A DNA stretch of 63,402 nt, the filler included, from Bilabrum cf. latius (taxonomy: Eukaryota), in the NCBI GenBank assembly GCA_965178125.1. It is 3 parts of 3 records of this genome, joined end to end, with 100 filler letters (N's around TTAATTAATTAA, not from the genome) between each part and the next. Parts side by side here need not be neighbours in the genome. Positions count along the whole stretch, not along the records: positions 1 to 23,658 come from CBCXTV010000043.1; positions 23,759 to 47,123 come from CBCXTV010000044.1; 1 more part is not named here. One strand, written 5' to 3'. This document shows positions 12,601 through 24,138 of the stretch, one piece after another. Both the position numbers and the translations under genes were made by a program. Each line of letters starts with the position of its first letter. The stretch's first letter is position 1. Under the pieces are notes generated by a model. The model had not been told where the DNA came from. It worked only from the letters and a program-made list of their open reading frames with translations, and did no database searches.

Positions 12601-14298
12601 CACGACATCGATGCCGAAACGGACTGGTCGTTCCAAAAGGAAGGGGCCGGTAATCTGGGGAAAGCATCGCTTGAGACAAGCCTGGGAACGACTGTTTCCA
12701 ACCTCGGGAATGTGGCCCTCGAATCTAAAGGAGACATTTCGACCAACGTCAATCCGCCCCAAATGCCGGGCACAAGGACTGAAAGCGGTATTATCATGGT
12801 CGTCGGGGCGAAGCTGTGGTCAATGGCTGTGGTAGCAAACGCTCCTCCGACGGCATTGTGCATGGGCCGGTCCTAACCCAAGGCTGCGGGTGCCGGGATG
12901 GTGACACATGTCCCCGGGTCAATAATTCCTGCCGGGCCACAAGCGTCCAACCCTGGGGGCATGGCATCGTATGTGGTGTCTCACATGTCATTGGTGGCTG
13001 AGATTGCGGTGGCTGGTGGCACTCATGGTGCGCCTTCAACAATGTCTGCTGCAAGAAGACTTGGTCGACGCCCTCGCCGGGGATGGTGGCGACCCTCTCG
13101 ATGGCGAGCACAACCGACTTGGACATCTGCTCCGAGTAGTCCGCCTCCAAGTCGGCCAAGGACTTGGACGCCGATACGCCGCCACGCCGCAAGACGCCGA
13201 TACATCCGGTGAGCCCGCCGATCCAGTTCTCGGCGTCCGCGGGCTTCGGCGCGTCGCACTTGTACATGATCAGCCGGTACGCGAAGCGGTCGTCGAGGCA
13301 AATGGTGATGAAGTGGGCGTTGCGGAAGTGCTCGCGCGTGCGACCCCGAGACACATGTGCCATCACAGAGATCATCGCCGAGAAGGCTTTGCGTGACACG
13401 CCATTGTTCCGCTGGGAGTGGATGAAGTTCTCTGTAACGCTTTGCTGGGCTGCGTTATGGAACGACACTGCACTCCGACAACACCGCCACGCCTTGACCC
13501 AATCCGCCGGCTGCGGGACGCCGCCGCGGAACGCGTCCTCGTCGGCCGCGTCCCACAAGACGCTGGTGCGGGCGTTATCCTTGTGCGACAAGTATGTATG
13601 GGGGGATGCAACTACTAGAACATTGTGTGCCAAGCCCACGTGGGCGCGCGCCATGCCTACACGACTCCATCGACGCCGACACTCCGAACCCGACCCATTG
13701 TTCGATCCGGCGTGAAGTAGCATCGAGAAGCTTGGCGATGCATCAGCGTTTGGGCATGCTGACAAATGCCCCGCATCGCTAACTGCGAGGCACGTCTGAT
13801 CTCATATCGAGCCCACTTCGTGTTGCCGTCCCTCGGGCCCCGCTTGCGCTTCGGCCCGATGATTGTGCACTGCTTGCGATCAGCCATGACCTGCGCGAAG
13901 CGAGCGCAGAACAAGCAACCAACCGCCCATCGTCCCCCAAGATGGGCCGGTCGGGGGACTAGCCAGATCGTTGCCGTCTTGCGACCATCGCCGTCGCGGC
14001 GATAGCTGGCATAGTTGCGCTCCCACGTGTCCCGCTTGGCGATGTACATGCATCGAGGACACCCCTTGATCTTGCACCGCTGCTGGTGTTGCCGGTCCGA
14101 CTCGCTGGCCGGGCCGAAATCGATCACACCGACACTCCGAGGACTCCGACGATCCGACACCGGACGGCTGCTCTTCGATGTAGATTGTGCAAATGCATCA
14201 CGCCGAGGCTTCATGGGTGTGGAACGCGGCGGCGGCGCCGCCGGCGGGCGCTTGGAGAAGCGACCCGCCGGGCCCGACTTGGCGCAAAACTTGACCAT
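9684..14298 (-). CDS. Divergent hAT-superfamily-like DDE transposase, at least 6 exons
   Basis: N-terminal W..GCLFC...KW...QH..LMH zinc finger (TTF/BED-like). Then, in hAT order: ITICLDD (D1), ADGGSA (D2, cf. TDGAS), RDRAH (cf. CxxH), KQRFDS (cf. TRWxS) and TTGGVERG (cf. SxxxERxFS). In-frame introns at 13707-13580, 13033-12543, 11999-11901, 11621-11498 and ~11194-11018. One frameshift at ~10510-10540. Confidence 0.65.
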
Positions 14299-14487
14299 GG
14301 CTTGAGCAGTAAAGATGGCTAACTAGCGAACATCTTGGGCGCTGGATAAGTCGATGCCCCGACACAAGAGGCGCATAAGTCCAAACTGACTCCGATGTCG
14401 ACTGAGCCAATGAGACATACATCGATGCGATCTCTGATAAACGCGACTGTCCCGGATGTACACAATCCGGTGCCCGACTCACCCGAC

Positions 14488-14657
14488 GGGGCCGAGTTAC
14501 TTGTCTCCACCGCATACCAACTCGGCCCCTGGATTACGTAATCCGGGGGCCGAGTTGCTTGCCTCCACAGCCTGTCAATTCGGCATGTCTCGAGAAACCC
14601 GAATCGATAGTCGGTAGATGCAAACGACTCGGCCCCTGGATTACGTAATCCGGGACC
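14488..14657. repeat. Near-perfect 40-bp palindrome with a partial second copy
   Basis: CAACTCGGCCCCTGGATTAC|GTAATCCGGGGGCCGAGTTG at 14518-14557 (one mismatch), partly repeated at 14627-14653. GGGGCCGAGTT(A/G)CTTG occurs twice. Confidence 0.85.
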
Positions 14658-14677
14658 CGAATCAACTTGAGGTCTCG

Positions 14678-14965
14678 ACCCCCCCCCCCCCCCCCCCCCC
14701 CCCACCCCCACCCCCACCCCCCTCCCACCCACCCACATACCCCCCCCTCCCACCCACCCACATACCCCCGTTGTATATTCATACGTGTATGTATATGTAT
14801 ATGTATATGTGTATGCATTTGCATATGCATATGCATAAACATACGTATATGTATGTGTATATGTATTTGTACTTGTATATCTATATGTATATGCATATGT
14901 ATATGTATAGACATATGCATCTGTATATGCTTATGTATATGTATGCGTATACCCACCCACCCCCC
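14678..14965. repeat. Poly-C and degenerate (TATATG)n simple repeat
   Basis: Seen directly in the sequence. Confidence 0.9.
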
Positions 14966-17915
14966 TTCCATCCCGTTGTTAGAGTGGTGATGCACAACGA
15001 CCGCCGCTCCCCTCGCCCGCGCATGTTTGGGCGCCCGGGCCCTTGCGCGCCCGCCCGCCGCCCGACCACCCGCGCCTGTGCCCGCTCCCGCGGTGGTGCC
15101 CGCGGCGGCGCCCGCGCCCGTGCATGCTCCCGCGTCTGCCCCCAAGTTCACAATTGCCACGTCGAGACACGCTTTGAACAACGATCCTGCAACATGGGAG
15201 CGCGCAAGGCGACTGAAAGGAAGATACGTCGGTACGGAACATGCTCACAACATCTAGCGTAATTAGCCAACGTAGCGGTGTTGCGAAGCGCCGTGTGCAT
15301 GCAAAAAACGATACCCACTCAAGGCAACGATGTTTCCCTGGCCTGCGCGGTTTACGTCAATGGCATTAATGCGGACGCAAAGCCAACTGTTCGCAAGGTC
15401 CAAGGCACATGGCGATTCGCAACGCCGCTAAGTCCGCCTACCAAGTCGCTAAGCCAACGCCGCCAAGTCAACGCCGCAACGCCGCTAAATCAACTCGGCG
15501 TGTGGGTGACCACTCGTGAACACAAGCAATGTGGATGCGATCGCGAAGCGGAGCGAGTGCGATGTGGGGACAATGCGCATTCGAACGAGCGCAAGTGTGG
15601 CGAGTAGGTATCTGTTGCTCGCGTTTTTGGCGCAAGCGGGGAGTGGAACTCCAGACTGCTTTACTGACCGCCCCTGAAATCGCTTTCGCCTTGGAGCTGT
15701 GCGCCACACAATGTGTACGAGCGACAATGCTTTCCTGTCCGGGGAAAGGGGGGATCTGGCGGGCTGGCGGGCAGACGGGTCGTTGCCATGTAGCAATCAT
15801 ATTGCCGGCGTTGCCGTCATTGACAAACGGTTGCGTTGTGCCCGGTAAGTCAAGCTCCGAGCGCCCACACCAAGGCACACCAAAACACCGAGACGGAGAC
15901 CCGGGGTCTGCTTGAAAGGGCCGGGCGGCTGCGAAGCGAATCATGGATGCCTCGCGGGTTTGTTTTTTGGCGGAGTTGCGAATCTCTTTGGCCCGAGACG
16001 TTGGTGAGTTAAGCCGGCTCCGGGCATGCCCTTGAAGACGATGGTTTGCCGCGCAACCATGGCGTGTTTTGTAAGCAAGTGAAGGAAGCGCCCGGTGGAT
16101 GCCCTGTTCTGACTAATTACTCAGTCCAACACCTCGAACGTAAGTTGTATCAACGGCGCCCGCTAGCTAGCCATGCCGCCTGTGATTATGTCGAGCGTTG
16201 CTTTCAAGTGAGTCATGGCAAGGCAACATATCACACCGATTCCCCGAAGCCAAGCTGTCAAACATGAACCCGAATCCGCCGAGTTCCTTACATAACTTCG
16301 AGGGTCAACCATTAATTGCATTGAGCGCTGCCACTCGAGACTGGGTAGGGTGGCTCCGGCGAGGGCAAAGCATACTGAAAGAGCATGCAGAGACATGTGG
16401 CATGCTATCCGTCCTGCGCCTGATTATTGCACCCCAAAAAAACACACACACACACACGAGCGCTGCGCCGACCGTGTCTTGACTCAATGCCCGCCCTCCT
16501 GAACGATCGGCGCGATTATGTCCGGCACACGCGACGCCAAGGCTCGAGCAAGTCGGTGTGCGCTCACAACGCAAACGGGCGGCCAATGCACGGTTGCGGC
16601 TGCATGTCCGGACGTCGAAACACCGACAACCAAAAATGGGGCGGACATCGAAACACCGACAACCGATGCGCATCGTCGCAAAACACACGCACTGGCCGAC
16701 TCTACTGCGACGGCTGGGACTGGGGCTCGCGGTGCGGGCGTCGGCCGCCCACAACGTCCGACACCATCTGCGGGATCGCGTCACAAAGCTGCATGTGCAA
16801 GTGCTTGACGGTGGGGAAGTGGCGGCCATGGCTGTCCGTCTCCCACAACTCCTTGGTCAACAACATCATCAATGCCTGCGCAAGAACTCACAAGACGACA
16901 CGATATTGCTACGGAGATGCCGTGCGTCGATGCTCCGATGCTGGAATGCGCGGGCTACCAATGATATGACTGGGAGCTGGCAATGACCACAACAAGTCGA
17001 CTTAAATGCGCGCCCTCTTGTCGCCCTCGTCGTCCTCGGCGAACAACACCTTCCGAAGGGTCCAATCCTTCGCCCAGTTCGTCCCAAGGATGCGGCGGTA
17101 TGTCGGCCAATCCTCCTCTCTCGAGAGCGTCCACACGTTCGACGCGGCCTCGCGAAGCGTGTGTGCGACGACATGCTGAGCGAGTGCGGATGCATCACAC
17201 TGTGTTGGACACTTCCCGGGCTCTTGCCCGGGGGAGGGTGTATAACCCCAATTGCCAATCATGTCAAGCCCTCGGATTAATATTCCTCCGTGCCCCGCCA
17301 AGTTCGAACTCTAGGCCCTGGTCATATTGGAATGCTATACGGAAAATGGTAGTCTGTGATATTGGTGCATTAGTCGTGCTACTATCGTACCCGAGCGCGT
17401 GAGGTTGTCGCACCTGGCTTAGCGCCACTACACTACCGCCTCGGAGCCTCTTGTCCCTTACTTTGCTTGCATGGGGCATGGGGCCGGGGGGGAGGGGGGG
17501 CGTTCGGGAGCGTGGATGGCCACAGTCGCGCCTGCGCGGTCCACGGTGTCGCTGACGATGGTGCCAACCGCAAAGTGTGGCACACGCGCATACCGGGACG
17601 GGGGAGGGGGGGGGCCGGGGGGGGGGGGGGGGGGCGAGGAGGGGCTGACCCGGGGGCCTGGGCACGTGGGCCCCGCAAGCCGCTGTGATGGCAAAATCCA
17701 CACCGCCCGGAGAAGAGTTTCCCGAACGCAGGTTCGCCACTCCGACCCGAACCCTGCACAACCACCACTAACCCCCCTCGGCCCGGCGCGTCGCCCAGAC
17801 CCCCGGGCGGCCTGAATCTTCGCCACCCCCCAACACCCAAGGCCATCACCGCCACTACCACCGCTGTCACCACCGCGACCACTGCCGCCACCGCCGGCAC
17901 AACCAACGACCGCCA

Positions 17916-18044
<129 letters not shown>

Positions 18045-18049
18045 CACCA

Positions 18050-19675
18050 TGGCCGCCAACACATCCACAGCGACGGCTTTGACTCCCCGCGCCCATCATA
18101 TCTGAATTGGTCGACACTTTGCGCAAACGCTGTTCTTGCTCTTGTGTCATCCGCTTCAACTCCTGTCGGCATGACGCACTGTCGCGCGTCGCTTCCGCCA
18201 AACCAATTACCATGACATCCGATGCGAACCCTACGACTCCGAATGAATGCCGGACGCCGGGAAATCAAGACTCATTCTCAAGCTGCGGGCGCATATTTAT
18301 TAAAGCAAGGGGGTGCAAACGATGTGCGTTTTTTTTTGCGCCAAACGCCTTGACAATCAAGCGCGAAAGAGCGGCGACATCATCAAAATTACCCACCGAC
18401 CAATGCGAAACCGAAACTCTTCGCGCCATGGGCCCGCCCCCGAGGTTGAAACGACAACTGAGTGAGAGCGAGAGGGTGGGACGACAGAGAGAAGCGTGCC
18501 AAACACGATGAAGCTTTGTACAATGCCATGTGGGACATGGATTCAACATGTTCACCGTTAGACGAGCCCTGTGTGCTTCAACGCCCGCGCCTCGTACTCG
18601 CCAGCAAGCTTCCGCAACTCGACCTCACGGTGAAAGTTGTTCCGCTGCATCACCCAGAAGAACAACGATCTGCCAACGCCCGACATCCAAACCGCCTCTG
18701 TGTCGGAGTCCTTCCTGCGGCGGTAAAGGCTGAGTGCGCATATGCAAAATTGCTTCGCCTTCCTTTGTCGTCGCCAACCATTTTGAGTAATGCGCAAACG
18801 AAACGACGCCCGATGCGACACTGATTCGCCCGTTGCCCTGCGAGTCTCTTCTCTCACGAAAGGGGCGTAAGCGCTGCTGCGGTCCAGAAGAACCGGCGCG
18901 TGTCGACCAAGTCAGGGTAGGCCATCGAGCTGACGAACTTCATGTTGTGGTAGACTTTCTTCGAGAACCACTTTCCCGACATGCCCGCAGGCCATGGCGC
19001 CTCGCAAAGATGGTGGCCCACCAGACACATGAAGACGCCGACACACCGACAACTGCCACAAGACCTCTCCCATGATACTGAACGCGCACTTTGGTAACTT
19101 AACGCGATGCAACCGTCACATGGCTCTGATTTCTTTGCTATGGTAGGAGGCGCCTTCCAAGGGTCCCACTTCGGGGCTGTTCCGAAGTCCCGAAGTGCTG
19201 AGTCGTTCACTGTGCTGTCGTGGATCGACACACTCGGCGGCGGATCGGACGGCGCGTTGATCTGGTGCTTATCCTGGAAGGGCCCAGAACCCCCTCCCCG
19301 ACATTCCAAAACATGTTTCTGGTCAACCGGACGACGTAACAATGAATGAATGCATGACAACCAAGCGCGGATAGCACACCGTCACACGTTCAACTCAAGC
19401 GTTGAGCGATACACAACAAGACAAACAAGTGATCGGTCCCACATTTTGATCTTGATGAGGTCTTTGCGAATCATCTCGATGTAACAGCCCTGCCAAGAGT
19501 ACAAGTGCAAGATCCAGTCCGTCGTCACAGGCATGATGCCGTACCCCTCCCTGGGCCCGATCGGGATGCCGGCGGTCAAGCAATGGGCCAACATGACGCT
19601 TGTCACCAACTTGCCCTCCTCGCATGGCGCCACACAACGCATGCCGCGAACTACGAGACTGAAGGCCGCCGACAA
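18050..19675 (-). CDS. Possible multi-exon hypothetical gene
   Basis: A series of short, protein-like minus-strand segments (ORFs 19382..19675, 18854..19360, 18558..18857, 18265..18555, 5' part of 17458..18213) is separated by intron-like gaps. The exon structure is not resolved and no domain was recognised. Confidence 0.25.
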
Positions 19676-20306
19676 GCTGGTGGCAAGCGGACTCGCTTAG
19701 CTGGCGGGCGGACTTGCTGAAGTCATGAGATTTGCTAGTACTTCGCGGGAGTAAGCGGGTCTTAGCCATATGTGGCGAAATGTTCCAAGATTTAGCCGAC
19801 TCGACGAAGCTTGGTATCAATGGGGCAAACCCCGCTCTCATGTGACACACTCACTACGGCCGCATTATATGAGGGGCAAGCGTTTACGGTTCTTGCCACA
19901 TGGATGCTGCAACCCAATCGGCGAAGCCGGGCAATGCCAAGGAAATACGGCACAAGTTCAACGGATTTAGTCGATTGGATGAATCGCCATGCCCCCCCCC
20001 CCCCCCCCCCCCCGGCGCCCTAGACTTAGTTGGGCCCGACCGGCGTCCGCATGGCAAAAGCTTCGTCGCGGCGGTGAGTAGTGCGGTCCGGGGCGCGGCT
20101 CCGATTCGCAACGCTGCTTAGACCACAACATGTGTTGTGGCCGCCACATTGCCCAAGCCACCGCCCCGCTCATTCCAGAAATCCGCTAATTCCAAACCCG
20201 TCCACCCACCCACCACGCCACACCCCTGTGGTGCAAGAATGACATCGTCGATGTGTGGAGACCTTTCACCTACGCCAAGATATGCATGAAACACACCGAG
20301 GCTTTA

Positions 20307-21008
20307 CTACACGCCACTGCGATCTCGGCAAGGAGCAATGAAAGGCATGACGCATGCGAAGGCATGCAACGACCTTTGGCTCAACAACTGCAAGACATCA
20401 AGGATCTCGCCCTTGGCCGCAAACGCCGAGACATCGGAGTCGATGTTGAACGTCTGCCACCGCCGGTCCACATTCCACTGCGACGCCGAACACTGCGTGG
20501 TCGCCGCCGAAGCTGCTGGGTCCGAAGCGGCCGCCGCGGCATCGGCGGCAAGCCCCGGGGCCGATGGCTGCCATGCCGCTGGCTTTGGCTCCTGCAGCGG
20601 CTCGGGCTCCATGCAAGCCGCCATTGGCGCCGAGGGTGCAGAAGCGAGCGCCTGGTTCAACTGCAACTGCGTCTCGAAGAGGGGCACCCGGTCCGCTGTG
20701 TACCCCGCAGCTGGCCATGCCGAATTCACGCGGAACTTGGCCTCCACCAAGATCATCGGCGAGGCGTTGTTGGGGACGTCGCATGAAGGACTGAGTTCCA
20801 ACCACCCAGAGAAGTCCTGCAGCGGCATGCTCAAGGAGCCCACGACCTTCGGCCCGAACCCGCCGTAGTGGTTCTCCTGCATCAAGCCGACGTCGCGCAC
20901 GACGATCTGCACACGGTCCGTCGCGGCGATTCTCTCGAGGACGACGGTCGCATTGAAGATGGGGTTGATCTCCCGCGGGATCATGCGGGTCTGCTTCTTG
21001 TCATCGCC
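20307..21008 (-). CDS. Exon encoding a C2-domain-like region
   Basis: After a CAG acceptor at ~21009 the frame reads KKQTRMIPREINPIFNATVVL...VQIVVRD...VVGSLSMPL...GWLEL. This fits the C2 pattern (kT.vi...lnP.fne...l.V.D...G...i.l...W..L). Confidence 0.55.
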   Translation of the reverse strand, partial: GDDKKQTRMIPREINPIFNATVVLERIAATDRVQIVVRDVGLMQENHYGGFGPKVVGSLSMPLQDFSGWLELSPSCDVPNNASPMILVEAKFRVNSAWPAAGYTADRVPLFETQLQLNQALASAPSAPMAACMEPEPLQEPKPAAWQPSAPGLAADAAAAASDPAASAATTQCSASQWNVDRRWQTFNIDSDVSAFAAKGEILDVLQLLSQRSLHAFACVMPFIAPCRDRSGV

Positions 21009-21939
21009 TGGGCGCGGGTCCGATCAAACAAGCACACCCCTTCCCAACACACTGAGATAACAACGACTGCCTGCTGCGAGCATTCGTGGGGCCTAACGAC
21101 ACCGATGCGCCAACCTAATGGTCGCCGGAAACGTGGCGACGTGACTGCCTGCATGCCTTCGCCAATCGGCGACCTCCATGAGCTCACCCCGCGATCGCAC
21201 ACACGGCCCGTCCGACAAATCCTTCCTTCGTTGAGCCGCTGAGCCTCGAATGGCAAAACTTCCACACACAACTCGCACCAACGGAAAATGGCATGAAAGA
21301 CGCTGCATGCATTGCGCTGGCAACCTCTGGCGGTATGGGGTGTCCTAGCCGAAAGCAAGCATGGCATGAAAACGATGACTGGTCGCGGACTCCGGACACG
21401 CCGCCACGCCGAGCGAACAGAAGAGAAGAGAAGGAGGAGAGAATTGAAGGGGCGAGAAGGGAAGGGAAGAGAAGAGAAGCGAAGAGCAGGGCCGAGAAGA
21501 GGAGAGAAGAGAGTCACCATCGACACCGCCTACTCCCCGCCACCACCACTGCCACCACCACCACCCCCACCCACACACCACCACCCCATCCGACACTACC
21601 ACCACCGCCACCCACCAACCTACCTACCCATCCACCCACCTACCCACCCACCGACGTACATACACCACCACCACCACCGGCACCACCACTACCAATAATA
21701 CACCCCATGCCACGTCAAGTCTGCTACAACAAGCAAGCGCGTCGACGAATTGCATGCATCAACATGTGCGTAAACTTGCCCTTGGCCTGCTTTGGTCCTA
21801 AGCGCGTGTGTGCGTTAACACGCGAGTCGCCCCGAGCTCTGCCGCCGCTTGCCATCGCTTGAGATGCTGGACGCCAAACACACCGCAACGCCGAGCGAAC
21901 GCGCATCTAAATCGATGTGCGGCATGCGCATGAGCCCAC

Positions 21940-21953
21940 CGCAATCACCACCA

Positions 21954-21986
<33 letters not shown>

Positions 21987-22490
21987 ACCCCACCCCACCC
22001 CACCCCACCCCACCCCACCCCACCCCACCCCACCCCACCCCACCCCACCCCACCCCACCCCACCCCACCCCACCCCACCCCACCCCACCCCACCCCACCC
22101 CACCCCACCCCACCCCACCCCACCCACACCACCCCACCCCACCATCACCCCACCGTCACCGCACAATCACCCCACCTACCCACCCACCCACCCACCCACC
22201 CACCCACCCACCCACCCACCCACCCACCCACCCACCCACCCACCCTCCCGCCCACCCACCCACCCACCCACCCACCCACCCACCCACCCACCCACCCACC
22301 CACCCACCCACCCACCCACCCACCCACCCACCCACCCACCCACCCACCCACCCACCCACCCACCCACCCACCCACCTCCGCCACCCGCCCACCCGCCCGC
22401 CCACCGCCGCGACCCACCCACCTTCACACACCACCACGACCACCACCACCCAAACACACACACACACACAAGACCCCCCCCCCCCCCCCA
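21940..22490. repeat. (CACCC)n and (CACC)n simple repeats
   Basis: A perfect pentamer run (~21968-22122) and a tetramer run (~22176-22375). Confidence 0.95.
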
Positions 22491-22679
22491 CCGAGCGCTG
22501 TAGTGTGCTTGGGTGTGGTTCCGCCCGCAGCGTGTGTGCTCACATGAACCGCCACAAAGATGGCTCAGAAGGAGCTGCGAAACGGTGTAGGGCCAAAGTG
22601 CCCCACCTATTGGCCGCCCCACTGTCTTGAAAGGGGCTCCTGCTTCCTTTGCCGGCCGGGCCTCTGCGCCCTATTGCGC

Positions 22680-22920
22680 CCTCTTGCGCGCTCTTGCGCG
22701 CTCTTGCGCGCCCTCTTGCGCGCTCTTGCGCCCTCTTGCGCGCTCTTGCGCGCCCTCTTGCGCGCTCTTGCGCCCTCTTGCGCGCTCTCTCGCGCGCTCT
22801 TGCGCGCTCTTGCGCGCTCTTGCGCGCTCTTGCGCGCTCTCTTGCGCGCTCTTGCGCGCTCTCCTGCGCTCTCTCGCGGCCTCTTGCGCCCTCTCTTGCG
22901 CTCTATTGCGCTCTCTTGCG
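22680..22920. repeat. (CTCTTGCGCG)n minisatellite
   Basis: Imperfect 10-mer tandem array. Confidence 0.9.
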
Positions 22921-23024
22921 ACCTTGTTGCACCCCTTCCCTTGCGCCTGCGCCCTTGCACCCCTTTACGCCCGGCCTGTTGCACCCTCTTCGCGCCCCCA
23001 GAGTCCCTTGCGCACTGCCCCTAG

Positions 23025-23058
<34 letters not shown>

Positions 23059-23412
23059 GGGAGGGGGGGGGGGGGGGACTCCTACACACCGCTACGCCGA
23101 GCAAGGCCGCAATGGCGATTCCATCTCAGCGTCACCACCCCGCCGGCCGCCTGTACTCGCCGCAGAACGTGCAAACCTTGAGTTTGGACCATGGATTGCG
23201 GCCCGAGGTGAGACGAGCTTCGCACTAAGAGAAGAGTCAGACCCGTCGGACAATGGTCGGAAACAAGGGTTGCGCCCAAAGGCCCAACGCTTTCTCTCAG
23301 AGCGCCCCATCGCCCCTGAGTCGAGTCCCCAAAATCAGACCTCCATGGCCCTAGGCCCAACTGCAGAACGAAAGCGCCGGCCACGAGCGCCGCCCTCAGA
23401 CCCCGAAACCCA

Positions 23413-23658
23413 TCAATCGTGAACCTTCCGCATCGAGTAGTTGTGGTTGGCGCAACCCGGGCATCTCCAGTCCCCCGGCTTGAAACACAAGCGGCGCCAC
23501 ATCTGACAAGCTCTACACCACACGTCATTATTCCGCACCGAGTCGCACCTGTGATTCGAGCACATGGTCTTCGACGAGTAATTGTGCCTGCCGCAATTTG
23601 GACACAACCAATCGCCGGGCTTGAAACACTCCGCCCTTGGCACCCTGCATTGCGCGCA
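23413..23658 (-). CDS. RanBP2-type zinc-finger protein fragment, cut by the gap
   Basis: FKPGDWLCPNCGRHNYSSKTMCSNHRC and FKPGDWRCPGCANHNY match the W-x-C-xx-C-xxx-N pattern. Confidence 0.7.
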   Translation of the reverse strand, partial: CAQCRVPRAECFKPGDWLCPNCGRHNYSSKTMCSNHRCDSVRNNDVWCRACQMWRRLCFKPGDWRCPGCANHNYSMRKVHD

Positions 23659-23758
23659 NNNNNNNNNNNNNNNNNNNNNNNNNNNNNNNNNNNNNNNNNN
23701 NNTTAATTAATTAANNNNNNNNNNNNNNNNNNNNNNNNNNNNNNNNNNNNNNNNNNNN
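23659..23758. other. Assembly gap with artificial linker
   Basis: N run - TTAATTAATTAA (stops in all six frames) - N run. Confidence 0.97.
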
Positions 23759-24138
23759 CCCGCCCATTCCGAATGCAAGAACGGACTCCCGCCCTTTCCG
23801 AGATCGAGAGCGCATCGCGGGCGCATTTCCCGACTCGCGATCGGCCTCGGAAACCGAACACGAATCGGTAGGAGACGTGCGCCCGCGTTTGAAGAATATG
23901 CGGAGAAATACGAAGCCAAGGACACGAGCATCTCCCGGGCACCTTTCCCGACTCGCAGCCGGTCTCAGAGACGACCACGAATCGGCACGACAAGTGCGCC
24001 CGATTTCGTCCCCCGAAAAAGGACACAACTAGGACCCCGCGGAGATCCGCATCTGCTCCTCACGCGCGGAACGTGTTTCGGTACGCAAAAAGCGGTCACA
24101 TGGGAGGCCCGGAAAGCGTCCGGAAAACGGTTCAGAAA

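Larger units (their letters stand above)
1190..14680 (-). mobile_element. Putative large hAT-like DNA transposon carrying methyltransferase cargo (left end not located)
   Basis: The transposase is followed by three compact co-oriented genes. They share short non-coding motifs, and palindromic repeats lie just upstream of the transposase ATG. No TIR pair or TSD could be identified. Confidence 0.4.
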
